From positions 1 to 64,000 of the forward strand of contig JAUCBJ010008272.1 in assembly GCA_032718475.1 (NCBI GenBank): 64,000 nt of DNA, given 5' to 3'. Source of the stretch: Nemertoderma westbladi. Taxonomy: Eukaryota > Animalia > Xenacoelomorpha. The notes beneath the pieces are model-generated. The model made no database searches and was not told the DNA's origin. It saw only the letters and a list, made by a program, of their open reading frames with translations. The stretch's first letter is position 1, and each line of letters begins with the position of its first letter. The translations under genes were made by a program, and so were the position numbers. Below are positions 40,356 to 53,859 of the stretch, piece by piece.

Positions 40356-41790
40356 TTACGTTGGGGAGTCCCTAGATGTTTGTTGGATTAGGGAGGTGGT
40401 CTTGGGAAGAGTATCTTGCCTTCCATAGTTTCCGGAGAGTTCTCTGTCTCTTTCCAGTAAACATAAACGACCAACTGGGCGATTGAGCTGCTGTGTCTCG
40501 AAGACAATTCCCGGTTTCTTAAAGTTACGTCGCATGACGACGAGTTCTACCGATTGCACTAAACCATCATCCGAGATGTGAGTCTCGATGATACGACCAC
40601 AATAAGGACCATGTCTCCAACGCTGACGTTTTCTTGTTGCGCAAACCACTTAGTTCGAAGTTGTAGCGTGGGCAGATAATGTTTTTCGAAATGGTCAGCG
40701 AAACGATGGGATAACAACTGCATAAGTTGCCAAGTTTGCTGGCAGTATCCGTCTCCGTCTGTGATTTCCGATCGTGGGAGCATGGCTACAGGTTTCTTCA
40801 GTAGGAAGTGCGCGGGTGTTAGCGCTTCCAGGGAATCGGGACTCGATGAGACTGGCATAAGCGGTCTCTCGTTGAGATAGGCGGCGATTTCCTCCATTAA
40901 CGTCCGCAAAAGTTCATCGGTGAGATACGCGCGGCACGGCACTATAAAGTGAAATGCGGTCTTCACGCTCCTGATTAATCTCTCCCAACTTCCTCCCCAC
41001 CAAGGGGCGTCGGCAGCGTTGAAGGTCCAGCTAGACGCTGTTACCCTTAGCTGATCGTCCACCTGTCTTTGGTTCCAATCTTTGACGTAAGCCTTGATTT
41101 CATTGTTGGCACCAATGAAGTTTGTTCCCTTATCAGATCTCATCGTGTTACTAGTTCCAAAGCGAGCGATCTGTCGTCGTAAGCTCAATAGGAAGCTGTT
41201 GGTAGATAAATCGTTCACCATATCGAGATGGATAGCTCTACAAGTCATACAAACAAAGATGACACACCATCTCTTGACTATAGTCCTAGCACGATATACT
41301 TCAATAGGGCCAAATAAATCTACACCGGTATTAGTAAAGGGTGGTTCATAGAAGCTTACTCGTTCCCTAGGTAATTCTGCCTCTCGCTGTGTTAAAGGCC
41401 TACTGAATGCTTTCCTACAGGGTATGCAGTTCCTAAGAACTTGGTTCAGAGCTCTACGGGGTTTATAAAAATAATAGCGAGTTCGAATTTCGCTAAGAAC
41501 TCGTTCTCTGCCAGCATGATAAAGTTTGCTGTGAACATCTACAATCATCTTGATTTATATTTCAAGATTTCTAATGAGTATGGGAAACTTAGTGTCAAAG
41601 GATAATGGAGCATTAGTTAACCTTCCCCCAACACGTATTAACCCATCTATCATTGTGCTAGAGAAACGATCCCTTAAGCGCATCCTGTGGATTTCTCAAC
41701 AACAGGAAATACTTATCGGAATCCTCATAGCATTGCAGGAGTCTCAGCATCTGCTTATTGGTTTCTTCATGCTCCTGATAACTGATCTAC
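40356..41790 (-). pseudogene. BEL/Pao integrase region, disrupted
   Basis: DGLIRVGGRL, HHCC (H..LYHAG...CIPC), GVDLFGP, SDKGTNF, GGSWERLIRSVK, GRIIETHISDDGLVQSV; breaks near 41550-41790 and ~40600. Confidence 0.92.
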
Positions 41791-44700
41791 TCCTTCAGAA
41801 ACCTGTCGGATATCTTATATTTGAGAAGATCTTTAACAACATGGACCTGCACAGATGTCAGTAGAGCGGTATCACTATTGGTCATCGTCCTGGAGTAGTG
41901 ATGATGAAAACATCGCTTTAAATATGTAACGGCCTTACAGAGCCGATTCCAGGAACTGTAGTGATATATCGCTCTCTGCAGGAGAGGTGAGAGTCCTTGC
42001 GAGACGTCTGGTATTCCAGATTTCCAATCCTTCTCTCTGATTTCCACAACAGACTTATTTGTGGCTGTGGGTTTCGGATCCAAAGCGTCGTCTCCGGAAG
42101 TGTGTAGTACAGACAGATCTACCACGGGTTTAAATAACTTCGATTTACTCGCCCGAGTTTTAGGTTTGACTTTCTCCGCTCCCTTGGCCTGTCTAATCTC
42201 CGCTGTAGTAAGATGAGGAGGCCATTCTTCCTCTTCTTTGCTTAGGAAGTCGGGTCCACCTAACCAGTCTGGAGTATCTATCAGTTCTTGTGGAGTTGCT
42301 CCCCTGGAGGCGATGTCTGCTGGATTAATCGTTCCGGGGCAATGTCTCCATTGATCCATCTTCGTACGACTAAGTATAATGGCTACTCTTTTGGTAACGA
42401 AGACGCTGAACTGACAGACTTCATTGGTTATATACTCCAACACGAGTAGAGCATCGGTCCAATAGACAGTTTTCTCCAGTGGATATTCGATCTGTTCTGT
42501 TACATTTCGGCCGATGGTTGTAGCGTATAAAGCTGCCTTTAACTCCGCTCGAGGGACTTTCAACTTGTTGTTTATCAATGCCTTAGAGGTAACCAAAGCG
42601 ACTTTGATTCCATCCGGAGTTTCAACTCTCAGGTAGGCTACTATACCTATTCCGATATCGCTGGCGTCTCCAAACACATGGAGTTGATAGGAATACGTAG
42701 GGAGAACATGACCAAAATATGAACGGGAAATTATAAAGTTCTCGATGGCTGGTAGAGAATCTTCCCATTTCATCCACTTCTTTAATAGTTCTCCCTTAAG
42801 TGGATCGTCCCATGAGTGGTTTTCAAGCCACATTTGTTGTACTAAACTCCGAGCAATCAATATAACTGGGCTAATAAATCCCAATGGATCGAAATAAGTG
42901 CTCAGGATACTTAAACAAATCCGTTTAGTCCGAACTGGATTATCTCGCTGTTTGAGCTGAAATAACAGGATATCTCTCTCTGTGTCCCATTTCAAACCAA
43001 GTGTTTTGGTTTCTGGAAGATCGTCTTTCATTAGGTCTAGATCTTTCGCTCCTCGATCTTCTACCGGGATCGATTCCAGAAACTCACGGGAGTTGCTGGT
43101 GAATTTAGTTAATCGAAATCCACCTCTTTTTAAGCACTCTACCGTTCCTTTGGCGACATCAATGGCTTCTTCCACCGATGGAAGGGACTTTAAATTGTCG
43201 TCCATGTATATATCCCGTTTGATGTTGTCGATCACCTCTTTTGAGAAGGCGTCCCGGTTGTCATCAGCAGTGGTGCGCACCACTGAGCAGGCGTTTGAAG
43301 GGCTTGAGATGATCCCAAAGGCCTGGATGGTCATCCAATACTCCACCAGTTTCTGGTTGAGGTCTCCTTCCGGCCACCACAGAAATCGTAGGCTATCTCG
43401 ATCCCTATCCAGCGCCTTGACTTGTAAGAACATGCCATCTATATCGGAGGCGAAAGCGATCGAATATTGTCGTAATCTTAAGAGTATTCCCAACAAGGAT
43501 TGGAGTAAGTTGGGTCCTGGTAACAACTCGGAATTAAGGGATTGGCCCATGTAGAGGGCGGAGCCGTCAAATACTACCCTTACTTCATGGGGTTTACCGG
43601 GTTTGGGAACGTAATGATGTGTTAAATAGTACGTTCTCTCAGTTATAGGTGTTTCTTCCGGTACTCGCTCCGCATATCCCTTGTTAATAAATTTCTTCAA
43701 CTGAGTCTGATACATTTCTTTAGCTGAAGCATTTGCCGTGAGGCGTCGATGTAGTTGAGCAATTCTTTTCTCCGCCAAGGGTCGGTTGTTTATGAATTTT
43801 GGTTCTCGCTTTCGGAATGTTAGACCGATTTCATATCTACCTTGATCTTTAAGAAAACATGTAGTTGTCTCCTGGATCTGCTTGGCTCTTTCTTCTTCTA
43901 CCGATAGGGTCTTATCGTAGGAATTGGGCTCTACAGCCTCTTGAGTAAAGAATCGTACGGCGTGTTCATCCCGAGTCTTCGCGTTATAGCGCTCGATTAC
44001 GTCATTCAGTTCGTCGTTATAGTCGACTTGTCCTGATGGACGAATGAGTTGACATAGGTTCACTTGGTTTTGCCAAGTCTCGTTTTCCGTAAGGAGATCG
44101 ATGGTATTCTCCTCGTCGAAGAGTTGGTGGATATCGTCATTATCTGAGGAGTATGGTGTTCCCTCAGTTGGGTCATCTACCTCACTGCTCTCCACTTCCC
44201 ATTCACTTACTTGATATACCTGTTCTTTTGGTAACCTTTCCATGAGAGTTCTACGGGAAGGGCCAGTAAAGTACCAACCCACTCTAGTTCTTCCCGCATA
44301 GGCTTGTAGTGGTTGCGGTTGAGCAGGCCGTTTCTCCAATGTCTCAAGCGCCTCATGCGCATTTTGGCCGATGAGTATTTGTACTCCAGGGTAATCTGTG
44401 TTGAATCTAGGTATATTAAGCCGCTGGGTGAAATCGTCCTCATCCCAGTTATAAGGTTCTACTTGGCTGGTAGCGAAGTTCTTTATCGCCACCATTTTTA
44501 CTGACCTTATGCTGTATTCTCCTAGTTCATCCTGGGGGGTGGACAACGCACCTACATAATAATCCGCTATTACTGTAGATTTCCAAACCTGCATAATTCC
44601 TGACATGTTTAACTTAGTTCGGAATTTGGGTTGTCCAGCAAAGATGTCTTCAGCTAGTTCTTTGTCGATGAATGTTCCTGTGCTACCGGAGTCAAGGAGG

Positions 44701-47700
44701 GCGTTCACTATATAACTCCTTTCAGGTCTGTGGACCCTCAACTGCACTACGGGAAATTCTCGGATTCCTACATTGGAAGTTGTTGCTTTCCAAGATGGTT
44801 GTCGGTCAGAAGCAGTTAGGGGGAGCTCGCTGTCGGTGTCCTTTTCATACGTAAGTGCTCGATACACTGCGGTATTTATCTGGTAACAGGATTCGTTTTC
44901 GTCGGAGAATTCGTCTGTATAGAATCCTTCCATCTCAGAACTTTGGTCAGTGTCATTCACACCACTGAATTGGACATGTAGTTCGGACTCACTTACCTGA
45001 CTCGGGCTGTTTCGCTCGAATTCAGTGTGCAACAAGATATGATGTTTCGCACCGCACTTTGCACACCTTGCGTCGGAGTAACAGGTTCGCCGTTGGTGTC
45101 CTTGTCTGAGGCAATTATAACACAACCGCTTATCCCACATGACTTCACGTCTATCCTTTAATGATTTCTTTAGGAATTCATCACACACATTCAAACGGTG
45201 GGGCCCGTCACACAGCGCACATTTCGGTTTGATGTTACTTACCTTATTTTGAGTAACGTTGTGTACACTCGTTCTTTCTTCGGGCTTTCTTACATGAATT
45301 CTCTTAGGAGACGTAGGAGGAGTTTTTCTTACCTGTTCTCTCCTGTCATTGGTTCGAGACTTGAATTTACTTACGTCTTTAGGCGTTTTGTTGACATAAT
45401 AAGATCTTTCAGTGTCTTTCCCGCTGTCTTCTTCTTGAGAAGCCTGGCTTTCGCCGTCGTCGGTATAACACACTGGTGTTACCTTTCTCCTAGAAACGGG
45501 TTTCTCACTTACCTTGTTTTCCGGTGTCTTCTCTCTGGACTGCTTTAGGAGCTGTAATTTCACTTCTCCATCTAAGAATGACATGAGATCAGCCATGGTA
45601 GGGTCTCGTCGTTGTTGTTCCATCATATATAACACTTTCTTATCCCAGCGTGTACCTACTCCACCCTTCGGTAAAGTAGAGGCCACGGCTCCAATAACCA
45701 TAGAACTCTGATATTCATGAGACTTACCTAGCCAATCTAATTGTCTACAGATCTCCTGAATCTCATCGGAAAACTCTATAATCCCGCTGCTAATGAACTT
45801 TCGGGGGGCTACCAATTTTGCATACAAATACCTAGCTATGTTATTCCTATTACCATACCTGATGTTTAGGTTATCCCAAACTTGTCTTAGTCCATCTGGA
45901 TGTCCAATAAACTTTAACGCCATTAACTTGGGAGATCCTTCCAAGCACTCGATGAGGAATCTAAGTTTCTCTCCGTTAGATAACACAGAGTTCTGTATGT
46001 TATCCTTGTAATATTCATTAAAAGGTAACCATTTCATCTCATCTCCATTAAACTTGACGATCTCTCCCACCTTTACCGCTTGACGGGCTTCGGTTCTAGC
46101 CATTTGACGCGTAAAACTTTCTTGGGCCATCGTATTATTTAATATCGAGTTATCAGTATATAAATTTCTCGGATTATGATCAGGTCTATATGGAATATCA
46201 TTGTCAACAGGTTTATAATTACCCTTAATAGGGTTTACTATAGGAGTTTCTACTTCACTAGCAGTATAGATGCGTGTAGGCTCCACACCTTGCGCATGAA
46301 ATACTTCAGACCTAACAGGTTGACACATTGTTACCGGGGTTGGTGGTATACCCTTTTGTATATTTACTAATTTATCACGTTCTAACGCGATATTCTGCTG
46401 CACTTCTTGCAACTCTAACCTACTTTCCCTTGCTGTTCCCTTGAACTGCTGAACAGTTCCTTCCATCTCCCGGACCTGCTGAGAGGAGCACTGGCGGTGT
46501 TCCCTCAGCTGCCCGAGCAGGAGACCCATCTCCCGTCGTCCCTCAGCTACCCACTCGACCGCTGAAGCGGGAGTCACCAACGTAGTAGCGGGCGAGCGAG
46601 AGACGACGGGCGATAAATTCTTGATCTCTCGCTCGGCGTCCAGGACGGGTTCGGACTCGGGAACAGTCCTACAGGGCACAGGTAGTTTAGTACTGTGCAA
46701 AGGGAATTTAGAGGTAGGTTCTGGGAGTACAGGTGTCTCTATCACCGAAGGGGTGGCTTCGAGAACAGGCCTAATTATTTCAGGCTCATCTACTATAGTA
46801 GGGAGTCTTTCTATTTTAATTATTTGGTCTGTGGGTTCTGTACTACCTAAGTCTGTGTTAGTTAGTTGCCTTCTAACAGCTGGGGGTAAATTAGGCAATT
46901 TCTGACGGTGGGACATTCTTCTACGTCTGCTTAGATGAGATCTATTTCCTCCGCCTTCAGGATCGGTGGTATCGCCTTCATCAGATGATGTATATCCCTG
47001 TCTTTTGGGAGTAGATCGACTCATCATCTGCATTTGACTAGCTGTTAACTGTTTATTTATGCGGTCTTGATTCTCTTGAATATTTTCCAACTCTAGTTGG
47101 GTGGTCTCTTCAGATGCTCTTCGTTCTGCTTCTGCCACGGCTCGCTTTCTTTCCGCTTCTGCCTCTGCTGCTGCCGCTGCTGCTATCTTTCTGTCTTCTA
47201 TACGTTTTTTCTTTACTTGTTCTTCTTGGACTCTAGCGATGCGGAGGTGTTCATCAAATTTAGCTTGGTTCGCAGCTATCATATCCGCATCGATTGCGTC
47301 CAACACAAGCATGGCTCCTTCACTATTAGGGCGAAGTCCAGACAGCCGTCTCCTCAACTCTTCGTCACCTACAAATCGTTGATAGTCTGACAGATAGATG
47401 TCAATAGCATCCCTCTTATGAGGTTTTTCTGCTGTCACTTCACTTTCCACTTGGGAAAAGGTAGCATCTGTTGATTCTCCATGGGTTGAGCGCTCAGCCA
47501 ACTGAGATTTCCACGGGGCAGTTCTTTGAACTTTGAGACTCACCCGCTGAAACCAAGTCTTTACGGCAACTTGCAACGACGTGTCTTGTCTTCTTTTCGA
47601 AGCCTCCTCAAAGGCCGATAAGATTAGTCTGATTCTTAGAATTCTTTCTCTAACTTGATAAAGCAGCTCTCCCTGCTCTTGAGGTCCTTGGGGTTGTCGA

Positions 47701-48362
47701 AACAGTTGTTCCTCTAATCGCTCCATAGAGCTGAAGAATCCCTGTACGTATCCTGCTGCCAACCTCTTCCACACAGCTGGATCGCTGGTTTCTTTTGCCA
47801 CTCCCATCCTGTGTATGTCCTCCCAGGCAGCTTCCGATAAGTCAAACGGGAGTCCGGGTCCGGGGAAGTTCCATTGCGACTCGACAATAGACTTCAGTTC
47901 TTCCCTTGTGTATCCCGCATAACTATCCTTGGTCGATCGCTTACTTCTCGCCCAATCAATCTGGTGTTCCTCCACCGCAATCAATACCCTAGTGAGAATG
48001 TCTGCAGGAAGTATGAGAAGGGGATCCGAATAAACCGCATCTGCCATCTTTGCTCCGCGCTCGGGTGTCAGCTCTACAGTATCCGCACTACTGGAGCTGT
48101 CGGGCCTTTGAGAAATAAGTTCTCGGCTCGAGTGTTGCTGCTGTTCCGCTGCTTCTTGGTCTCGCTTGACTTGAGCTCGAGTGCCTATGATAGACCTACG
48201 GTGTTGGACTAGCCTAGGGTCTGATACTACTACTGGAGGGATGATCTTTCTTACAGTAGGAGGTGAGTTGAACTTCGGTCTCACACGTTCCACACTCCTG
48301 TCTGGGTCACAGATGGTTGTATCTAGGAGACTGTCTGACAGGTTTTGCTTCGTTTCAGACAT
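41787..48362 (-). mobile_element. BEL/Pao LTR-retrotransposon gag-pol polyprotein (Gag, three zinc knuckles, aspartic protease, RT, Pao-type RNase H)
   Basis: KFNGDEMKWLPF...EKLRFLIECLEG (BEL Gag), CALCDGPH/CYNCLRQGH/CAKCGAKHHILLH, LLDSGS, RVVFDGSA...GPNLL, DIDGMFLQV, YMDD, LHVFGDAS, PRAEL, WTD, NPADIASRG. Confidence 0.97.
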
Positions 48363-48489
48363 GTTTGTTTGTACAGTTGAATGCCTACTGCTATATTACA
48401 GTTAAAGCAAGTCTAGTAATTCAGTATCAACTGTTAGCCTAGTAATTAATTACCGATACTGTTACTCAGTGTAACGTGATATATATATA

Positions 48490-48870
48490 TAATATATTAG
48501 AATACCGGTATGCTTATAGTATATATATAAGTATTATTACAGACTAGGTTTGTCACAGAATACCGGTATATAATTTCAGCGCAAATATATATAAATATAT
48601 AATAGGCCTATCGTGAATACTGGTATACAGCTTACACTTATAGTATATATAAGTATAATTATTACAGACTAGGTTTGTCACAGAATACCGGTATAATTTC
48701 AGCCTAAATTTATAAATATAGAATAGGCCTATCGTGAATACCGGTATGCAGCTTACACTTATAGTATATATAAGTATAATTATGGACTAGAATTAATTAC
48801 AGAATACCGGTATAATATCAGCCTAAATTTATAGAAATAAATATAATGAGCCTATCGTAAATACCGGTAT
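48490..48870. repeat. Imperfect ~120-bp tandem duplications (~60-bp subunits) in the presumed BEL/Pao leader
   Basis: agaataccggtat, cttatagtatatataagtat and ggcctatcgtgaatac each recur. Confidence 0.75.
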
Positions 48871-50389
48871 GTCAATTATTTTAGAATAATTGAATTTCTG
48901 AATTTTAGGAGTTACTTGGTTACTTTACTTTACTTGATTGCCGTTATTTAAGCAGTAGTCCAACTGACATTAAGACCTAATTGTTGTAAGACAGGCCTAC
49001 TATTTTATAAATCAGTTTGAGTTGATTTATAATATATATATACCCGTATAATGGGTTTTGTCAATATTTGAAATAAATGTTATTATTTCTGGGAAGGAGT
49101 CACTGCACAGAAGCTGTACGCTCTCAGTGAAGTGCTACTTGTTGGACACTAAAACAAATAATTCTAATTTGCCTAAGTTACTTAATACTACAAATTACGT
49201 ACAATTCGGGGTGAGATTACAATCTCTAAATAAACACAAAAATTACACGTACGAATTTTTAGGGTAATTTCACAAGAAGTCTACAAACCAGCCTAACAAA
49301 GGGTTAGAATATCTGGTTATTACAAACAGGCAGGATTCTACGGTATTTGAAAATAACAAAGCAGTAGTAAATATACTGCGTTGTCCAGATAGGAAAAATA
49401 CCACCGTCTGACGACTTATAGCCGTATCGCTATAAGTACTACGTTATGTATCATGGAGTGTTCCTACCTAGAAGTTAATTACCGCGGCCTACCAGAGCCA
49501 ACGTGCCTATTAACCACTTTACAACACAAATATACTGCCTACACACTAATTACCTTCGGAAAGCACTGTACACTAAACCCTAAATTAGGTACAAGTACTT
49601 ATACAACAAATAATCAGCAGTTAAAAATACTTATACAGCTAAAAGAACCACGGTATCTGCTGGAGTGATCAAAGCATATAATCTCCAGTCTTTACCTACG
49701 CCAAACAGCCCTGATGTAGTACCGGGGTTAATTTAACTATAACGGTATGTATAACAAGCACAATTACTGTAGGAATAAACTTGGGGGTATGAATGTTGCG
49801 AATAATCGCATAAACTCTGAATAATAAATATTACGCTACCCTTACAGACTATACAAAACAAAATACAGACCAAACGCTGGCAGACCACTATCAAGCCTAA
49901 ATAAACCACAGTATATGCAGACTCAGAAATGGTTAGTTAGTATGCGTTCTAACCGAGTAGTACGACTTATTCTTTCAGGGGGATTTACCTTACAGCACTG
50001 GATGTCACCCACTTTCCTAACTAGTACTTTAGCGGAGATACACTCTACACACACTGTAATCTCCTCAGACTTAACTACAGTCAGACAACAGTCCAGCCTA
50101 CAAATTACCTGTACAATCTGAGCAGGCTTACACGTCTTCTGCTCAACATCAACTTACAGATAAATAAAACTGACAGAAATAAGTAAAATCTCAATAAAAA
50201 ACCAGGGCGGCCGTCCCTGATTAAATATCAAGACCTACCGGTATATAATTATCAAAATCGAATAATACTGCTGTACCTGTACTGCTGTAAGTACCGGTCC
50301 GGGTGGTTAGGAAGTCAGGCCTACCAGTTACCGGTCGACCGGTACTTTAGACTGTATTTATTGCCTACACTGCAATCAGAACTCAATAA

Positions 50390-51575
50390 CTGTTATTGTT
50401 CGCGCTTTCAGACCTTTAGCAGTTTAACCTGCCAAATTTAGATGTCTTCTAGATTATAAATCGACTTTAGCCTATGACGAGTATTTGATACACTACATTA
50501 GCCGAAGCCAGTCTATGCGCGACCATTCACCCGCTGGATATACCCGGGAGACTGGATTCGGAAGCTTTGACCTTATTGCGGTGTAGGCCTACTGTATTAT
50601 TCGACTGATTGTTAATATATAATTTCTGACAAATATTATTCACTTTCGGGAAATATCAACAGTTCCTTTAGGACGTGGCACTCTAAATATGTAAACAGAG
50701 TTATGACTTACACTAAACACAATGGGATGGCTATTGATTCACGTATAAAGCGCATTCTTTAGGAGATGCTTTGTTATCAGTCACAATCATGCACACTACC
50801 GCACAATGCTACACACCGATCTGCCGACCTTCACTAATTTTAGTCACATATAAAGAGAACAGCAACCGACACATGTAGTGCCTATGAAATAGCATTAGAT
50901 TCACTCCAAAACCACTTTAATGTAAGTCGCAATTGTTATATGTAACCGGTCTCTTAACTTCAGTATATCAAGAAGATTGGGGTTTTATGATTATTTATCG
51001 ATATTATCCAAATATAACAATATTCCATCCACTGATATAATTAATAACAGACAGTAAATAGCAGTAAAAATGTGGTGTGGTATATGAACACACTGACTTG
51101 CGTGAGTTGATATGATTAGGTGAGATAGGATAACAGTTATACGTTTCTATGATCAAGCCTACTAATGTTTGGCTAAAGCCTGAAACACAGAAATTCCAAA
51201 GCCGGTCTTCTGGCATCAGGAAAAATACACACACTGACTGAATTGCATGAGTTTCTGTATACAATCTCCAACACAGAGTGAAAACCGCTCTGATTGGTCG
51301 ACCGAACAAAGAACGAACAAAGAACAAAGAAAAAGTTACATGTGGACACAGCTGATAGATGTCGTCATCTGAGTTCCGATGTTTAGAGTATTTGGCTTAT
51401 TGCGACATAAAATCGCTAGTTATGTCCGCTAAAGTACACATACAGAAGAAATGGCTTTTTATGTCCACTAAAACACCGGTACAGTAAGGAAACGGCTTTT
51501 TATGTCCGTTAAAACAACTACAGAGTACTTTGCGGGGAAAATAATCAGCTAATTCCGCAAAAGCCTTTACATATT
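50390..51575. mobile_element. Interspersed ~1-kb non-coding repeat, copy 2
   Basis: Begins gttcgcgctttcagacctttagcagtttaacctgc, nearly identical to the stretch at 61077; same ordered motifs as copies 1 and 3. Confidence 0.75.
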
Positions 51576-51656
51576 TCTTCAAACTGTCAGACTGATGATT
51601 TCTGGACTGTCAGACAGTTGATTTCAACATGCCTATGCCAATACATTCAACATTTG

Positions 51657-53158
51657 TTGATTTCTGGTCTGTCGGACAGTTGGTTTCACTATGCCTGTGC
51701 CAAAACAACATTCAAAATTCCATGATTTATAGACTATGAGATAGATTTTCATATGCGCCTGTCAGCCTGTGGTAAAAGACTCTAAATTTAATAGTTTGTG
51801 GTTGTTGTCGATAATCGATTACCACACTCATTTAGCAATAAAACAGAGGCGGGCCTTTCTAACAAAACAATAAACGGCCACTTTACCAAATCAGGGAAAG
51901 GAGCAGGTTTACAGAGGCGGGCCTTTCTAACCAAAACAATAAACGGTCACTTTACCAATTCAGGGAAAGGTGCAGGTTTACAGAGGTGGACAGACCAATT
52001 GCTACAAACTGCTTTGCATAATACGTTTCTGATTGGTCTGTCCGTTGTCCATTTTCTGTGTCCAGTCCACCTTTTTCAAACACCCGTTTCTCTCTACTGC
52101 TGTTCTCTCAGGACTCAGGCTATCAGTACCGGTATTAGTATAGGCCTATAGAGCACTATTTTGTAGTATTGCTATTGTATGTACAGATGTAGGTATAAAG
52201 CAGGTATTTTAGCACCGGTTCCGCCACCGGTACTGCTGTAGGCCTATTGTGTAGCCTACCATTTAAATACGGTAATGCAAGGCCTACCGGCTGACCGGTT
52301 GTTTTGGTCAGAAAATCCCGCCTCTGTAACCTGCTCCTTTATTTCAATTGGTAATGTTATCGTTTATTGTTTTGGCTAGAAAAGACCATCTATGTAACCT
52401 GCTCCTTTCCTTCATTTGGTAAATTGATTGTTTATTGTTTTGGTTAGAAAATCCGGCCTTAACCTGCTCCTTTCCCTGATTTGGTGAAGTGACCGTTTAT
52501 TATTTTGGTTAGAAAGGCTAACCTCTGTAACCTGCTCCTTTCCTTCATTTTGTGAAGTGACTGTTTATTGTTTTGGTTAGAAATTCCCGCCTCTGTAACC
52601 TGCCGCCTTTCCCTCAATTAGTTAAGTGATCGTTTATTGTTTTGGTTAGGAAATCCCGCCTCTGTAACCTGCTCCTTTCCCTGATTTGGTAAAGTGACTG
52701 TTTATTGTTTTGGTTAGAAAATCTCGTCTCTGTAACCTGCTCCTTTCCCTGATTTGGTAAAGTGACTGTTTATTGTTTTGGTTAGAAAATCCCGCCTCTG
52801 TAACCCGCTCCTTTCCCTCAATTAGTTAAATGATCGTTTATTGTTTTGGTTAGAAAGGCCCGCCTCTATAACCGGCTCCTTTCCTTCATTTGGTAAAGTG
52901 ACTGTTTATTGTTTTGGTTAGAACATCCGGCCTTAACCTGCTCCTTTCCATCAATTGGTAATTGTTTTTGGCTATAAAATGAGTGTTTTGCTACGTCATG
53001 TGGTAATCGATTATCGACAACAACCACAAACTATTAAATTTAGAGTCTTTTACAACAGGCGCATATGGAAATCTATCTCATAGTCTATAAATCATGGAAT
53101 CATGGAATGTTTTGGCACATGCATAGTGAAATCAACTGTCCGACAGACCAGAAATCAA
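51657..53158. mobile_element. Foldback-like element: long inverted arms with internal ~60-bp tandem subrepeats
   Basis: 51657-~51826 is the reverse complement of ~52999-53158; the ~60-bp unit (gtttattgttttggttagaaa...ctctgtaacctgctcctttccc) runs in opposite orientations at 51840-51990 and 52300-52960. Confidence 0.85.
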
Positions 53159-53859
53159 ACCTGGGAAACCTGGAAATCTGGGCAACAATGCATTACATCT
53201 TTAATCATACTATTAAGTAGCTATTCATAAATTTAAAAAATGTTCCAGAATATGGTTTATTTATTAATAGAATAAAATAGCCTCGCGTCGTTGCATAACC
53301 ATGCAACATTTGAACGCTCATATATCAGCTATTTTTCAACGAAATTCAAATTGTGTTACATATTTGGAATCCTTGCATGGCCAGCTTTCCATTGGTACAA
53401 TAAGGTAGAGGAATATAAGGTAGAAGAATAACTGCGGTGTAACTGGTGTAATATCGCTGAAGACATTTTTTTAAACGCTTGTAGCTAAAGATTGAAAGCA
53501 AAAATAAAAATTCTGGCTCACCCAGTCAGTGTTCGGGAGGTGAAACTATCTCTGTTTCACATTTCATGCAATCTCATTACGATTTGTAGAAAAATTAGGG
53601 GGGGGGGGGGCGTGTCACTGAATTACGACACTATATTCTGGAACATGGTGTATAGAGGTAGGTGCATTACAATATATACCAGCATTACAAATAGAACCAT
53701 ACAAAAATGTAACAGGCTAGACGTAGAGTAAAACTCTATTTAGAAAAAACCTACAGTATAAACCTACAATACAGGAATTATTATAAAACAAATAAAGTAG
53801 AAAAGATGTGTCCTGTATGTTAAGTTTCTCTGTTGTTTCTCTGTTTCTCTGTTTCACTG

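Noticed and set aside
42982-43554. 190-aa antisense ORF within pol
   Set aside because: Shadow frame of the RT coding region with no independent features.
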